A stretch of 63,809 nucleotides of DNA, filler included, from Choristocarpus tenellus KU-1152 (taxonomy: Eukaryota > Protista > Phaeophyceae): assembly GCA_964200185.2 (NCBI GenBank). It is 12 parts of 12 records of this genome, joined end to end, with 100 filler letters (N's around TTAATTAATTAA, not from the genome) between each part and the next. Parts side by side here need not be neighbours in the genome. Positions count along the whole stretch, not along the records: positions 1 to 7,415 come from CAXNAD020006191.1; positions 7,516 to 16,683 come from CAXNAD020003920.1; 10 more parts are not named here. One strand, written 5' to 3'. The position numbers and the translations under genes are program-made. Below are positions 1 through 13,187 of this stretch, in pieces. Each line of letters begins with the position of its first letter. The first letter of the stretch is position 1. The notes below the pieces were generated by a model that saw only the letters and a list, made by a program, of their open reading frames with translations, had not been told where the DNA came from and ran no database searches.

Positions 1-955
1 AGCATACAACTTTGATCCGCTTCCCTAGTTCTTCGAACCATTCCCCCCCATCCGATTCTTCTTCTTCTGGATGTTTGAAGATTCCAGACCCCTTGATTGT
101 CCATATTTTCTTTGCAGACAATCGAAGCTTTGATGACCTTTTCTTGATATGAAGACACTTGGATCGGAAGTGAGGTTCACGACATTCCCAACAATTGGAT
201 TGTCCACCAGTGCGTCTGGATTGCCGTCCAGCCACCAGTGCGCCAGCTCTCACCCCAGCCGAGTCCAACCCTCTCTGCATGGTGCGTAGTCGATATCTTT
301 TAAGGACTAATTTTTCCAATTTAGTCCTCCCTTCCACCGACTCCTCATCATTTATCTGGGACATGGTGTCCAGATACTCCTCGCCTATTGAATCTTCTAG
401 CCAACCTACTCGATCTCCCTCTGTCATGGTACCTCCCAAGCTCTTCAGCTCCATTATAAGACCCTGCTGCCGGTTGATGATGTCAGCAGGATCTCCCCCA
501 GGTTCCAGCACCATGTCCATCAATTGCCATTTCGCGAGATTTCTCTCTGTTTGGCCTGAATGGGTATAATTCTTCTCCAATGCGGCGAACGCCTCACTCA
601 GTGACTCGTACGTCAGTACGATGTCCAAAGCAGGTCCTTCCGTTGCCTCCTTTGTTGTTAATGGCTCCCTTCATCCCGATGAGAGAGCGTGTTTTAGAAA
701 TGTCTTGCTCCACTTCCTCCACGTCCCTGGATCCCCCTTAAACACAGGTTTTTTCGAGGAGTATTGCTTTAGTTTCGGGGCAAATACGGGTCTAGCTCTC
801 ATGGCCACCGTATCTCTAGCCCCATCCTTAACCTCGCCCCCTTGCGAAGCTGATGTCCCATCATGTATCTCAGCCCCCCCTCGGGTCATAGTCGGTTCTT
901 CCATTCCGTCATCAATGGAGTTTAGACGTGAATCGAATCCAGATCTGAGCATCAT
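1..955 (-). mobile_element. Ty1/Copia-type LTR retrotransposon gag (decayed, runs off window start)
   Basis: ORF 671..955 continues past one in-frame TGA (671-673) into ...LSEAFAALEKNY...LEPGGDPADII...IGEEYLDTMSQI... and a CCHC knuckle CWECREPHFRSKC. It lies directly downstream of an LTR-like repeat. Confidence 0.75.
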
Positions 956-1031
956 AGTTTATCTTGACTCCTTCCCGGTGTTAGCTAAGATCCAAGTATA
1001 ATAACTACGCAAGCATGCTTAAATAGGTGCC

Positions 1032-1261
1032 ATAGCATGTTAAGCTGTCCTTGACGATCTGTTGTCCAACACAACCAGTTATATTATTGTTTATTGGCTT
1101 GTATCACAGTTGAGAAGAGAGTGAGATACCTTCACTAGGCGGGGCTCACCAATCCTTACATTGAATGACTCAGAATACCAGATGACTCAACAGTTCTCTA
1201 GTACACGTCAGAAACGCTCCGACTCTAACATTCCGTCGATTACTTCTGGTCAAATATCCCG
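1032..1261 (-). repeat. LTR-like repeat (5' LTR of the gag at 1..955)
   Basis: About 230 bp, the reverse complement of 4100..4329 with scattered transitions. It contains TGTTAGAGTC...CTTAACA and sits just upstream of gag. Confidence 0.7.
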
Positions 1262-1499
1262 CTTAAATATCCCGAATGTCCAAACCAATTCAGAGGTAGG
1301 CAGGTTTTGACCTTTTTGCTTCTAAAACATGTTTCTTACCCCGTGCAATACAAACATAGGGTTAGAGTTACACACTATTCATTTGCATCGTGTATGCAAT
1401 GATCTATGTAATAAATGACTTTCCCTTTTCCATACACAAAGCGACATTGCAACTGAGTAAAGGCTTTTCTGCTTTTTTCAAAACTGCATCTTTTGACCT

Positions 1500-2650
1500 T
1501 CCTCAGGATACTTCCAATGCAGCAATTGGGTTATAACCCAATATCTTCTCGATTTGAATGTGTTCTTGTGCAATGATTTCTAATTTGTAAAATATTTTTA
1601 GTACATGGGTTAGCCTCAAGCTGCATATTGTAGGGTGTAAAGTGCCAAAGATAAATTTAGAGAACAAAGAATCCGATTTGGACACCATACTGAGGACTTA
1701 GTTTGTAGGATCCTCCTCCTCCGAGGAGAAGGTAAGTATGGGAGGGTACCTTGATGAGGTAGATAATGGGGGCATTAAAAAAGAATTCTACACTTGCGAT
1801 GTATTTTTTTTTAGAGAGAGTTCAGTTGGATGTTTTTTCAAGAAGTAGGGAGTTTGTGTTGAAATGATTCTTTCTCGTGTCCTCTTGAATAGTTGATATA
1901 CCATTTGTGAAATTGGGTGATAAATGTCCTTTGAGAGTTATGTAGTGCTGTCCATCACAAGAGGGTATGCCTCGATCTTTCTGTGGTAATGGATGGCAGT
2001 ACTTCCCAAACGGGGGTACATTTCATCTCATGTAGGAAGGAGAATGTATTGAAGGCCTAGATAGGGGTGGCTGTTAATATGAACGATGTGAAGGAAACAA
2101 GAATTGGAAAAAAAATTGTGCTGGAAAGCTTTCTTTCTCCACTATATTGAACATGACCACCACCCATCGTTTTTGAACTTGATCATATTTCAATAACAAA
2201 AAATGAAACATGTGCAACAAATAACCCCAAGTTATATCATACCTTCCTTGCTTGCAACCTCAACAATAGTTTTGTTGTGTCTTTCTGTACTTGACCTTAA
2301 GAATGTATGCACTAAAAGGTTTCATGATACGCTGTTTTTTATCAATGACTTACGACTGTCATGGTCACGTCTGCGTGTGTGGGTGTGTATGCTTGTTTGC
2401 ATTTTGTTATTTCCTGCCCTTCTGCTCTCTTGGATTCTCAGGATATGGTGTCTCTGACGGATTGAAAATTCCTCATGGAAGAAGTGAGTGAGGGTTTTGT
2501 TTTCATTTGTCAAGAGGAGTAAGCAAGTCCTCACTCCTCCCTGTGTTGTGTTTTGTACAAAGAACTTTACATCACTGCTTCCAGACACCAAAGCTGTGGG
2601 GGGTAAGATTTTGTTGATTTTGATGGCTTGTTGATGATAAATCTGTTGTG
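1500..2650 (-). pseudogene. Highly decayed Gypsy-like pol remnant
   Basis: IKINKILPPTALVSGSSDVKF resembles the retropepsin active-site region (ALVDSGS). KIEAYPLVMD...KDIYH near 1920-1990 resembles the RNase H 'EALALVW' segment. Many stops and frameshifts. Confidence 0.35.
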
Positions 2651-4099
2651 TTTATGCAAATGCTTGTGTACGGGCTCACTTGTGTATGCATATATGTAGT
2701 TGCTGGTGTTTTAAGTCGATATTACTGTTAGTGAGTAATAAAGTGCATATTCTTCCCATATATAGTCGTGAGCACTCTCGAGTACCTTGAAGTTTATTGT
2801 AGTATAGACGAAGGTTCAAAGACATGGTGGAGCTCCTCCTACCTCTCCTTGTCTTCAGCTGCATTTTTGTTTGATGTTGCCATTGTATGGACTTCTAACT
2901 TGGTGAAATCCCCTTTAGACTGTTGGCATGAGTACCATGTGTCGTGAGGCAGGGTCCAGTCAGTCGTGGGGGATGTTCAGAATCAACTGTTGTGTCACGG
3001 TGGGGTGCTTCCAGCAAACCCAAAGCTCCCTCGGTTATCAAATGTTAGTGTGAGAGCACTAGAACAATAACTCTCACATGTACATCTATTTTCATTCTAT
3101 TATTTTTGCATCTAACGAAATTCCACCTGATCTTTTGAAAATCCAAAGAAACATTGACGTGACATAGGTAGTTTACTTTTGTATATTTGAAAAAAAAAAG
3201 TTGAATGGTAGATTTCTCAACTATGCCAAATGTAGAATTAGAACTCAACCAGGGCATCTCAACCTTTTTTGTTTTCATAAAAATTATTAAGTGCATGTAA
3301 TATGTATGATTGGTGGTAGGGATCGATCTCAGGACCGGGGAATAAAATTGCAATTGTTCTTTCTCCTGTAGTTCAAAGTGCTATTTCTGCCTTAAATGAA
3401 TCCTTCCAACAGGAATGGTTCTTTCTTCTCCAATACGGTATCGTCGTTCAAGGATTAGGGTAGGCAGCACCTCAACACATTTTGTGAGTTAAAACTTTGC
3501 AACTTCTTTCATGCCACACTTCTTCTCACGCCAATCTGATTACGATTGATGTACTCCACGTGCCAATCACAAAACATTGTACACCTGCACTATCTTGACG
3601 GACCAAGATCAAGGTGGAAACTTTGGACCAAGTCCACCAGAATATTCGAGGGAGGACATGGAGTGACAATTAGGTGGAATCCTGAATCCAATGCCCGGAT
3701 GTAAGGCAGATACGGAGGCAGTAGAATTAGTCCACATTTCGCACAAATCAGGATTCAACTCATTTGTTTAGTATAAATCAGTACATGAAATTATTATAAA
3801 AATAATTTTTAGGTGAACATTGAAGGAGTGGTGACGATGTACAACTCATTTCTACCCTAACCCTTTTGAGATGAGTGTGTGAGGTTTTGAGTAGGATTTT
3901 TTAGAGTAAGTATTAAGTTTTCTCTCTACAAAAAAATAAATTCGTTTCACGTTTGGTGAAAGGGAGTCGTGTAGGGCTTATAATTTCGAGGTTCTAGGGT
4001 CGGAAAAATTGGAGCGTTGTCAAGATTATGCTCGACCATTTGTGAGAATATGATCTGAAGTATTATTTTATGTACGCACAGAAGATACTGCGAAATATT

Positions 4100-4329
4100 C
4101 GGGGTATTTGACCAGAAGTAATCGGTGGACTATTAGAGTCGGAGTGTTTCTGACGTGTACTAGAGATACGTTGAGTCATTTGGTATTCTGAGTCATTAAG
4201 TGTAAGGACTGGTGAGCCCCACCTAGTGAAGGTATCTCACTCTCTTCTCAACTGTGGTACAAGTTAATAAACAATAATATAACTAGTTGTGTGGGACAAC
4301 AGATCGTCAAGGACAGCTTAACATGCTAT
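4100..4329 (+). repeat. Second copy of the LTR-like repeat, inverted relative to 1032..1261
   Basis: Aligned by eye to the reverse complement of 1032..1261. Confidence 0.8.
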
Positions 4330-5315
4330 ATATGCTTTTTTGGAATCGTAAACTAGTTTTGCTTGGTGTTTCATGGAAAATATCACCTTCTGACCTAAAG
4401 TGAGTTTGACCAATATATGTATAAATAATGGATACATATCCATGTTATTGAAGTACATATTGTACTCATGTCCCAATTAAATTGGTGGCAATATGCTTCA
4501 AGCATTTATTCTGAAAGGGGGATTTGATATATTGGGTGATGGTTGTGGTTGACGTGGAAATATCTATTTATTTTCGAAAAAAAAATACTAACAGCACAAC
4601 TCGTTGTTAGTAAAATATCTTCATAATTTTGGAGCAAGCTATAGCTCAAAGTCGGTGTGTGGGCAGTCATACATATATATATATATATATATATATTTCA
4701 GGGGAAATTTGGTCTCAATTATTGAAGTCTCTGTTGCAAACACGGCAGATTGTTGAGTTACATCTCCTCCATCCCTTCCACCAATATGTAACAAAGGCGT
4801 GTTTAAACTTCAAATTAGAATGAGGTGGGATGGCTTTATAGAAGAGCAACTGCTAAGAGAGGCAACTGCTGATGCATTTGCAAAAGATTTGAGGAAGGAG
4901 GCGGAGGCAACAAGCAATGGGACGGCTGAACCCGACCCCCTGGGAGCACAATATGCATGAGGAAGTGCATATGGTGGTATTAGTTACGGATACAACAAAC
5001 AGTTCATGCTTCAATAAAAAATCTGAGAACTTGAGAGTGGGAGCCATATATATATGAGTATATTGACCTCTTTAACCACAAAGCTACAGGATTATTATAA
5101 AATTAGGAGCTGTAGACACGCAACTATTGACAGCAAGAAGTAAGCTGTTGATGGGTTGCTATAACTCGTATCATCACTGGTCCTTCCTCTAAGTCCCCCA
5201 TCCTAGATGTCCCTCCAAATTATGAGTTTCCTGTCTTACAGCATACAAATAATACTGTATATGGAAAGTGCAACCCAATGTCATTCATCGGTGTTATATT
5301 ATTCGGTTATAAAAA

Positions 5316-5575
5316 GTGTGAAAAAAAGTATCATAGAGGGTACGAATTTTTCCCTGTTTGTCCATTTAGGGCTTGGCTTCCCACGGGTTTTCAACAAAAT
5401 TTTACCCACTCCAAAATGTTTCGGAGTTGTAAAATGTTTATGTTATGAAAAGGAGTGTCCAGAACACGGATATTGAAATCTCCAAACAAACATGATAGCC
5501 AAAATTACATCAAAATTGCAACATTGGATTTGACCTCCAATGGACACGGCACAACCCTCTATGATAGTTTGACTC
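5316..5575 (-). mobile_element. MITE family A copy
   Basis: About 260-bp repeat with TIRs (AAGTATCATAGAGGG...CCCTCTATGATAGTTTGACTC). Reverse complement of 9254..9511. Confidence 0.85.
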
Positions 5576-6806
5576 TGTCATTGGGAAGGGCTTGCCGTGC
5601 AAGCATTTGTTGGGATAGCAACATGATGACCTTGGGAACTAATGGAATATTATCTTTGATTTCTGTTTGTTCAAGCTCTACACTCTTTGATTATTGAAGT
5701 TATCTGTACAACAGGACATTTTCATATATGTGTTTCCATTCGTTTTTCTTCATCATTTTTTACTTACTTGAGGAGGGTCCTCATAATACCCTCAATATTA
5801 GTCCACGTATGTCCTGGGGCTTACCTCATAAAGGAAATCATGAAACAAGACATCACTATCAAATTCTGGTTTGCCCAGGGAGAGGGTTGCTGTAGCCCAT
5901 TGGGTTGCTGATGATCAAACCGGCCCACCACCTCAACTTCCATATGCTGGTCCATATGGTGAAGTGCCTACCTGTAGAACTTGGGACTAAGGCTGTCACC
6001 CCAATAGGGCCAGATCAAGGGTTGAGCAAACAGTGGTCAGCTCAGATCTTGTGACCCAAATTTGCGGACTGCATTCAATGATCCACAAGATAGTCACAGA
6101 TTCCCTCCCAGTAGGGGACTTTTCAACCATCCTCCCTAGCACATCTTTGGGTCTTGTAGACAGCCCATCGTTTTGCTGGTCGATGGATCTCGATCTAGAG
6201 TGGCGGCTGTCATGAGCATGAGATAGGACCTTCTAGTGAACAGAGTGCCCCTAGTGGTGAGAGGTTTCTAGGTGAGTAGACGGACATGGGACAAGATGAA
6301 AAGAAGTGATGAAAGAACAAGCCTGCTGAATGAACTGGCAATGAGAGTGAGTGCACAAACAGCTCGGATCTACCCTACAACTCAGATTCAGAAAGCGAAG
6401 TCGACACAGAGAAACCGCGAGATGTTTGCATACCCAACCACATGGTAACTTCTTCTATGAGAGGCTGAATTTATAACCAAGGTCTGAAGGGCAGTCCCAT
6501 TCCCGTGAACCCTCATTTTGATGAACAGATTCCTTGAACCTGCTATAAGCAACTACAATCCAATTTGATACTAACAGTCCGCAGTACAAGCATCACGTGT
6601 CAGTGTCAGTTTATCTTACCTTGATAAGACAATGTCAAAAGTCTTAGTGCCCAAGAACAAACACAGATATGAATGAACTGACAGATAGCCAATTCCACAT
6701 AATGGATCGCTTGCGTAGATTTTTTTTTATGTGCTTACACTGATGAAGGGGTCCAATATGTCGAGGAACAAGGGAGATATACCTGGCACTGCCCCGGGGG
6801 GCTTGT

Positions 6807-7118
6807 GTGAGACCGGTTGGTCTAAGCTGCAGATTGCGCAACATATTCAACCTCCACAGACAGGTTGAGACGCTGGCAGAGAAGGAGGTGAAGGAGTTTG
6901 TGACAGCTCAAAGGGAATACGAGATGAGCATCAGGGTGCAGCACTCAAACGTAGGTTTGCAAATTGCACTTTTGACGATGTCCAAGTCCCAAACCGTTGC
7001 TCAGAGACAAGCACTGGTGAGGGGCGAACTGAAAAAGAATTGGGCTGCAGCAACGGAGGAGCAACTCCTACAAGCGCTCAAGAAGGTGGCACGAGTCAAT
7101 GTGGATCGAAGTCAGTGA
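6807..7118 (+). CDS. Orphan helical ORF or terminal exon abutting an unclassified element end
   Basis: Protein-like charged helical sequence (VETLAEKEVKEF...EEQLLQALKKVAR). The stop is about 10 bp before the conserved terminal module at 7129..7225. No recognisable domain. Confidence 0.35.
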   Translation: MRPVGLSCRLRNIFNLHRQVETLAEKEVKEFVTAQREYEMSIRVQHSNVGLQIALLTMSKSQTVAQRQALVRGELKKNWAAATEEQLLQALKKVARVNVDRSQ

Positions 7119-7128
7119 CAGAAGGACT

Positions 7129-7225
7129 GCACTGGTTGGTCACGAGTGGTGTTACAATGGGGGGATAGAATATGTGGAATGCAAACGAATACTTTAGAAT
7201 AGTAGAATTCGTGAGCAAATCAAAT
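7129..7225. repeat. Conserved element-end module (GGTTGGTCAC...GAATTCGTGAGCAAA), copy 1
   Basis: The same module occurs at about 23253..23365, 47667..47770 and 48645..48783. Confidence 0.75.
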
Positions 7226-7415
7226 GACAACATGAAAATTTATATAGTGGTATCAGTAGCTTCACCCTCTGGGGTTGTACGTCGTAACTTTTGATGTAGA
7301 CGGACTTAAAAAATAAAAGCATACTTGTGATGCCCGTCACAATGCCCTCCAGAGTACAGGTCCCCCCCCCCCCCCCCCCCCCCCCCCTCTCTCTGGCTGC
7401 CAGCCTCACCTTTTG

Positions 7416-7515
7416 NNNNNNNNNNNNNNNNNNNNNNNNNNNNNNNNNNNNNNNNNNNNTTAATTAATTAANNNNNNNNNNNNNNNNNNNNNNNNNNNNN
7501 NNNNNNNNNNNNNNN
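7416..7515. other. Artificial contig spacer (44N-TTAATTAATTAA-44N); identical spacers at 16684, 22888, 26379, 29768, 33280, 36668, 41633, 45404, 51781 and 57794
   Basis: Eleven identical 100-nt spacers with stop codons in all six frames. Confidence 0.98.
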
Positions 7516-7567
7516 CCAAATGGACACCATGCTGTAAACCCCCCACTCCTCCCAGATACTTTGGGTC
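7516..7567 (-). mobile_element. MITE family B partial copy at contig edge
   Basis: CCAAATGGAC...CCCAGATACTTTGGGTC terminus. Confidence 0.75.
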
Positions 7568-8330
7568 ACTCAAGCATGGCGTGATCTTGGGGGGGGGGTT
7601 GGGAACTTGTGTTGGAGAAGAATGTACATAGGCTCTTAAGGAAAATAGGTCAGGAAAAGAGCAATTGTCAGAACAAAAATAAACGGTCAGCAATGCTGTT
7701 TGCAGTCACCCAAAAAGTAGATTGGCAAACTTCTGACGGCCATTCCTTCCTCTTGCAACTCTGTGCCAAGCCCTTGCCTTCTGAGAAACAATGAGCACAA
7801 ATTATGCCTGGTACATCTCCTAGACCACTGCTTGAGCTTCAAGGGATCGTCTCACAGCACCAACTAACCTTCTATCAGTGGACCAGCACGAAGCCAAATT
7901 ATCTTATTTTCCTCCCTCACTGTTATCATTCAGAGTTGACATTCTTAGTCAAATAACTATGCATGAGCGCTCTCTTGCAGTACACTCACATTGACTTTGA
8001 ATATAAAGCAGTAGAGAATTTCGAAGTAAGGAGGATAATACCTGTGATAGATTAATGTTCAGTGCCTGGACATCAACTCCTTTCTCTTTGATCTATCATT
8101 TCCTCATCCCAGCTTGTACTCTTGTTCTTGGTGTATGGCCCCAGGATAATTAGTGCTCGTGGAAGAACATTAAGTGAGAGATTGTTAGCGGAGAAGAGCA
8201 AGTATGAATGAGTTTAAAAGAACAATAGTCTTCCTTTCCTGCACAGACAACCAACAACATGCTATAAAAGAGTCCCAAAACTTGAAAAACTGAAGGCCGT
8301 GACGGGATAGAGACCAGTGGAGGAGCGGAG

Positions 8331-11300
8331 ATGCTCTTGCCTATTGCATCTGGTCGCCATGCTCAAGGCAGTCCATCTCTTCTTCGTGCACTCTGTTGTA
8401 TTGTTGGTCTAGCCCGCCGTGGGGAGCACTCAACCCAACATCCCAGTGCTGGTGGTGTTGGCACCTCGGGTCCACCTTGCCCCAATCCAATGGACCTGGA
8501 GGGAAAGCTGTATGCTGATCTAATTGATGCATTTGAGGCTCCTCCACCAGCTCCATTGCGGACAGTTCATGCACTAGTTCGCATGGGGACACTAAGTGCG
8601 GTCATGAACTTCCTCACCCCTCCAGGCGACGAAAATAAGGGTCACTTCTTCACCTTGACACAGAAGCATGCCTGCCTTGGAACATTGATTCTTCAAGGCC
8701 TTGTGGTGCTGTCAGGAGCTGCCCCTGAAGTTTTCTCAGACCAGGTGGTACTTTTCCTCTGCTATGCCGTGCAGTCTGGGTACACAGGCATAACCAGGGG
8801 CAGTGTGGGCCCTGGCGTAAATGAGACACTGTTGTTCCGAAGCATCCAGGTCTCGTGTAGGGCTTTGGCATTCCTTGCTGCCAATGGTTCAGACAGGGGT
8901 TGTCTAGATGCAAAACACAAGAAGCAGGAGGAGGAAATTGAGACCAAGGGAAAAAAAGAATCCCTATGGCGAGTGGCAGATTGTTTGTTGACCACTGGTG
9001 TCATTAAACAAGTAGCATCTCTATCCCAGATGCCCTCACGAACTTCCGGGAGTATGTATCTGCACTTGGTAAAATGTGTAAGCTGTGCTGCAATCCTGGT
9101 GGCCAATGTTTGCCCTGTGCCATCCGGTGAGAGAGACCCCTTCACCAGGTAAGACGAAGGGAGGGTTCCAAGAATCCAACATCGTGAGCTCTCAGGTTGA
9201 GCATGTACAATTGTCTTTTTCTTGAAATTTGTTTACACGTTGAAATGACAGAAGAGTCAGGGTATCTTAGAGGGTAGAGTCGCATCCGTCTGGGGGCCAA
9301 AATCCAATGTTGCGATTTTGATGTACTTTTCGCTATTGTGTTTGTTAGGAAGTGTCATTATCCTTGTTCCAAACACACTTTTTCATAACGTATACATTTT
9401 ACCTACTCCGAATCATTTCGGAGTAGGAAAATGCCATAAAAAACCCGTGTGAAGTCAAGCCCCAAATGGGCAAACAGGGCAAAATTCGTACCCTCTAAGA
9501 TACTTTCACTCAGAAGTTTTTGTTCATGTGCCTTCATGAGTTGATACATCAGTTTGGAAGCAGCATCTTCTTGCCTTCTCAGTAGAGCTGATGTGAATGT
9601 TGGAGAGGCAAACTTTGATATATATAATCTTGTGCTTCGAACTCAGGGTCCCTCTACCCTCTAAGATCCTTTGACTCAGCTGATTTTGCCTCATCAAGTT
9701 TACGCCAATCCAACATCTAAGAAGGTATAACTCGTCACTACTCCACATACTTGGGAAGGTTTAATTTTCCAGAGGATGATCACAGAAGTCTCCAGCAATG
9801 CACTCCTCTTATGATGAGGCTGTTGGAGGATGTTGCTGGACCCTTGTGCTCGACCTTATGCATGGCAGACAACCTCGAAGTAATTAGCCATGCATGCCAT
9901 GCCCTGGCGAAGTTGTCAAGTACAAACACCACAGCACAGGTGACACCCAATGTGTTCCAAGTATTACACTGAAGTTTCTAGCTCACTTTGATGTGCTCCT
10001 TGAAGTACAAAATATAACCTGCATCACTGAGTATGCAAATATTTTTATTCTTACTTTAGCTTTCATCAGTCCTAGTCACCAAATTGGGGCCATTCTTCCA
10101 AGAGCATTTGAATATTTGGACATCACAATACTTAGAGCCCCACAACATGTTCGCTGCACTGCAGACCCTGTTAGACAATCATAATGTAATCAAGTCTATG
10201 ATTCGCTTGAGTCCCAAGGCTCCAGCTGTGCTGCATGGGGGACAGGAAGGGAAGGGAAAACACCAGGCAAAGGAAAAAGTACAAGGCAGTCCCATAGACA
10301 AGCTAGAGAAGCACACGAGAAAGTTAACTTCAATGACCAAGGCTGATGAAACAAACTTGAGAGTGGGGAGACAGTTTCGACAGGGTGAAGCCACAACAAC
10401 AAAAGAGAAACAATTCTCTGAGGTAGAGCAGGGAAAAGAGGGCGTTGACAACAAAGAGGGGCAGTGGCAAGGGCAAGGAATCAATTGGCTTGGTTATGAG
10501 ATGAACACAGAAATCAAGGACTTGCCAACTCGGAAGCTGTGCTCCCTTCCATTCAACTACTTCAGACTCTTGGCTAACGTGGCTCGAGTCTCCTCAGGGA
10601 GAGTATCTATCCAGAATTGTGGCTTGTTAAAGCGTTGCCTTGAAAGATTCGCCATCAGTCTTCCTGAAGAAGGTGCTGTGGCCACTCTCAGATGTCGGAG
10701 CGAGATATGCCTCCTCCTGTCCAGGGTAGCTTGTACGTATGATAGGGACACCGGGACAACCAACGAGTTTATTCTCTGCCCACGTTATCGGACTATCTCT
10801 GTTCTCCTTGGAATGGTGACATTTCAGACAGGGGCAAGTCTAATAAAAAAACTCGCAAGGTACAATGCTGCATTTGCCCTGGCTGAGCTGAGTCAGGATA
10901 GACTAAAGGTGGTTCCGGCTGTTGTTCAAGCTGGAGGGGTAGCCATGCTCTGCAATGTGATGAAGGACAAACTCTCCCCATTGCCACTGTTGAAGCAGGT
11001 TTGTCTGAATAATTGTAGCTGACTCACAGGTTGAGTCCCCAATAAAGAGGTTGCAATGCACTTCTGGAAAAGCAATTTTATGATGAAGATAATAATAGAC
11101 AGACCTATAGTATCTGGGGGGGGGGGGGAGGGGTCTACACCAGGGAGTCTATTTGGGTCAAAATCAGGAAAAGTGCATTTTCATTTTCCATCGGACGTGT
11201 GCAAACAAATCGCCCAAAAATCGCGACATGAAAAAATTGACCCCAAACCGACAGCCATCACCCCTCCTCAGATACTTTAAGCCTCAGACTCCAATTTTAA

Positions 11301-13187
11301 ACCTCTGACAAGTTGAATATCGAAGGCTGGGGTTTTGGACATTATCTTCTCCCAAAACTAATTGCAAATGCCCTTCCCATCTTGTGGCAGGTGATCCGAG
11401 CTGTGAATTCGGTAGCCAACTTCCCAGGGGAAACATATAAGCCCCTGTTGAGTGATCCTACCCTAACCAGGGCACTGCACCGCATAGCAAATAGTTCATA
11501 CCCAGAGTGCTCACGTGAGCTAGACTGTAGTGGGTCAGCTGATGGTGATAGAGAAAGAATGGGATTGGCACTTGAGTCTGCGAGGTCAAGGAGATCTGAG
11601 GTTCACTTGAGTTTAGCAAAAAGTGCAGATGCTTTGAAATTAAACGAACAAAGCTCAGAGTTTAGGGAACTATCGGATATCTCAAGGGAAACTGCCTATT
11701 CCATCAGTCGGCTTCAGGAACAATCTGCTTCTTGGCACAGTGCACACACTAGCTCGAGTTCAGGAAGATCTTCAAGGGAAAATAACGATGTGTGCCATTT
11801 TAAAACAACTTCTCGGGAAGGGTTGTTCAGGGAAGAGACTCAAGGTACAGCAGTTTGCAGCAATGATCTGGTCTCATGTAGAAAGAGGATCAATTTTTTA
11901 ACATTTGCAAGCCAAGAAGAAGCACCCATCCAAGAGTCTTGTCCTAGTGAAGGTTTAGGTGGGAAAGGCACATACCTGGCCTGTGGGATAACCACCTGCG
12001 ATAGCTTAGGGTCCACTGGTGCCCATGGAGGATCTGGTGCGGCAATCCCCCTACCATCATTTCTGCTGAGGTCAGTGGGAGGCAGGGTAAAGGAGGTGGG
12101 GGGGGGTGAAGGAAACGAAGAAGCAAACGTTAAGGAGGGGGTCAAGATGCATGAGATGCACGAAGATGCCGTTGCAGTCACACCATTAGCATTGCTTAGT
12201 GCTAGGGAAGTAGCCTTTCGCAGGGAACTAATGAGGAGAAAGGCACACCATGAATTGGGGAGGACTGGTGTAGTAAATGAAGGGCGCTTAGGAATGGATC
12301 TGGAGAGAGAACCAGAGAAGAGAAAAGAATCGGATGTTTGCCCATTCAAGTCAGAGGCACGACATAAGGCCTGTGCAAGATCTCTCACTATAGATTATGA
12401 TAGTTCTACCTGCCAGTCCAGTTCCACTTTTTTCCTCGCAGCTGGAAGTCCAAATGAGGGACCTGCAGGGGGCAAGACGGTGCATATCAACTCAGCTCAC
12501 GATCACCTGCTGGCAAGCACTCGTCCATTTCGAACCACGAGTATGCCCAGCTCAGAAAAGGAATGTGTACATGAGCCTGCATGCTCTCCTCAACACGCAC
12601 CATGCTGTTGGCAGCCTGAAAATGGTTATTCTGGAACAACAGAATCAGCACCTAGAGAGTTTGTGGTGTTTGCACGTCCCGCCACACATGGGTCACTCGG
12701 GGTAGGGTGGGGCAAGTTGAATGGGAGAAACAGATTTATGCATCGAAGTATTGTTGTAGGACGATTCGCTTGCAGAGGCTATATGCTTGACCCCACTTTT
12801 TCTGATCAGAATCCCGTTAGTAATCAACCAAGACTTCCAAAACTTGGTAGAAATAGAGACACTATCGACTTCACTGCAGGTAAGGGGTGTGTCAGAGGTG
12901 GGTTGAACCAGCAGACTGGTGAAGACCACGATGTCACCTTGAAGGATCTCTTGAGCACAGTATCTGAGACAGATTCGGGAAGATGTAGGGGAAAGGAGCC
13001 CTACCATAGTGCTGTAGAGGTGCTATGTCACCGTGTGAGCGTATCTGGGGCTCGAAAGGCGGCGAAGGATAGGTATTTCGATGAGAGTGGACAACCCATC
13101 TTTCCTGTCAACTTCCATCATGTTTTTAACTCCGTAGAATGTCGTCGAGAGGAGCATAAAAATCCGCACCTCATCCACTTCCCATAA
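8331..13187 (+). CDS. Armadillo/HEAT-repeat protein with long low-complexity C-terminal tail; exons 8331-9148, 9759-9939, 10060-10998, 11391-13187 (about 1244 aa; start uncertain)
   Basis: Four ORFs joined by phase-compatible GT-AG introns (phases 2, 0, 0). ARM-like segments include ARYNAAFALAELSQ..VVQAGGVAMLCNVM and VISHACHALAKLS. MITEs lie in introns 1 and 3. Confidence 0.8.
9254..9511 (+). mobile_element. MITE family A, intronic, 4-bp TSD AGAA
   Basis: TIRs GAGTCAGGGTATCTTAGAGGGTA / TACCCTCTAAGATACTTTCACTC. AGAA at 9250-9253 and 9512-9515. Confidence 0.9.
11102..11283 (+). mobile_element. MITE family B, intronic
   Basis: About 180 bp, GACCTATAGTATCTGGG...CAGATACTTTAAGCC, with an internal poly-G. 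Homologous to 21809..21987. Confidence 0.85.

Noticed and set aside
671-673. In-frame TGA in gag (and TGAs elsewhere) as programmed readthrough or an alternative genetic code
   Set aside because: Intact host genes translate cleanly with the standard code, and the stops occur in decayed TE or pseudogene copies that also carry frameshifts.
195-1001. Plus-strand ORFs 195..569 and 621..1001, and similar antisense ORFs (8762..9145, 11840..12388, 35966..36445, 63560..63808)
   Set aside because: They are shadows of real coding frames on the opposite strand.
8331-13187. ARM-repeat gene as the missing C-terminal ARM/HEAT region of the Fused kinase
   Set aside because: It is on a different contig with no linking evidence, and it ends in a long low-complexity tail rather than terminal ARM repeats.
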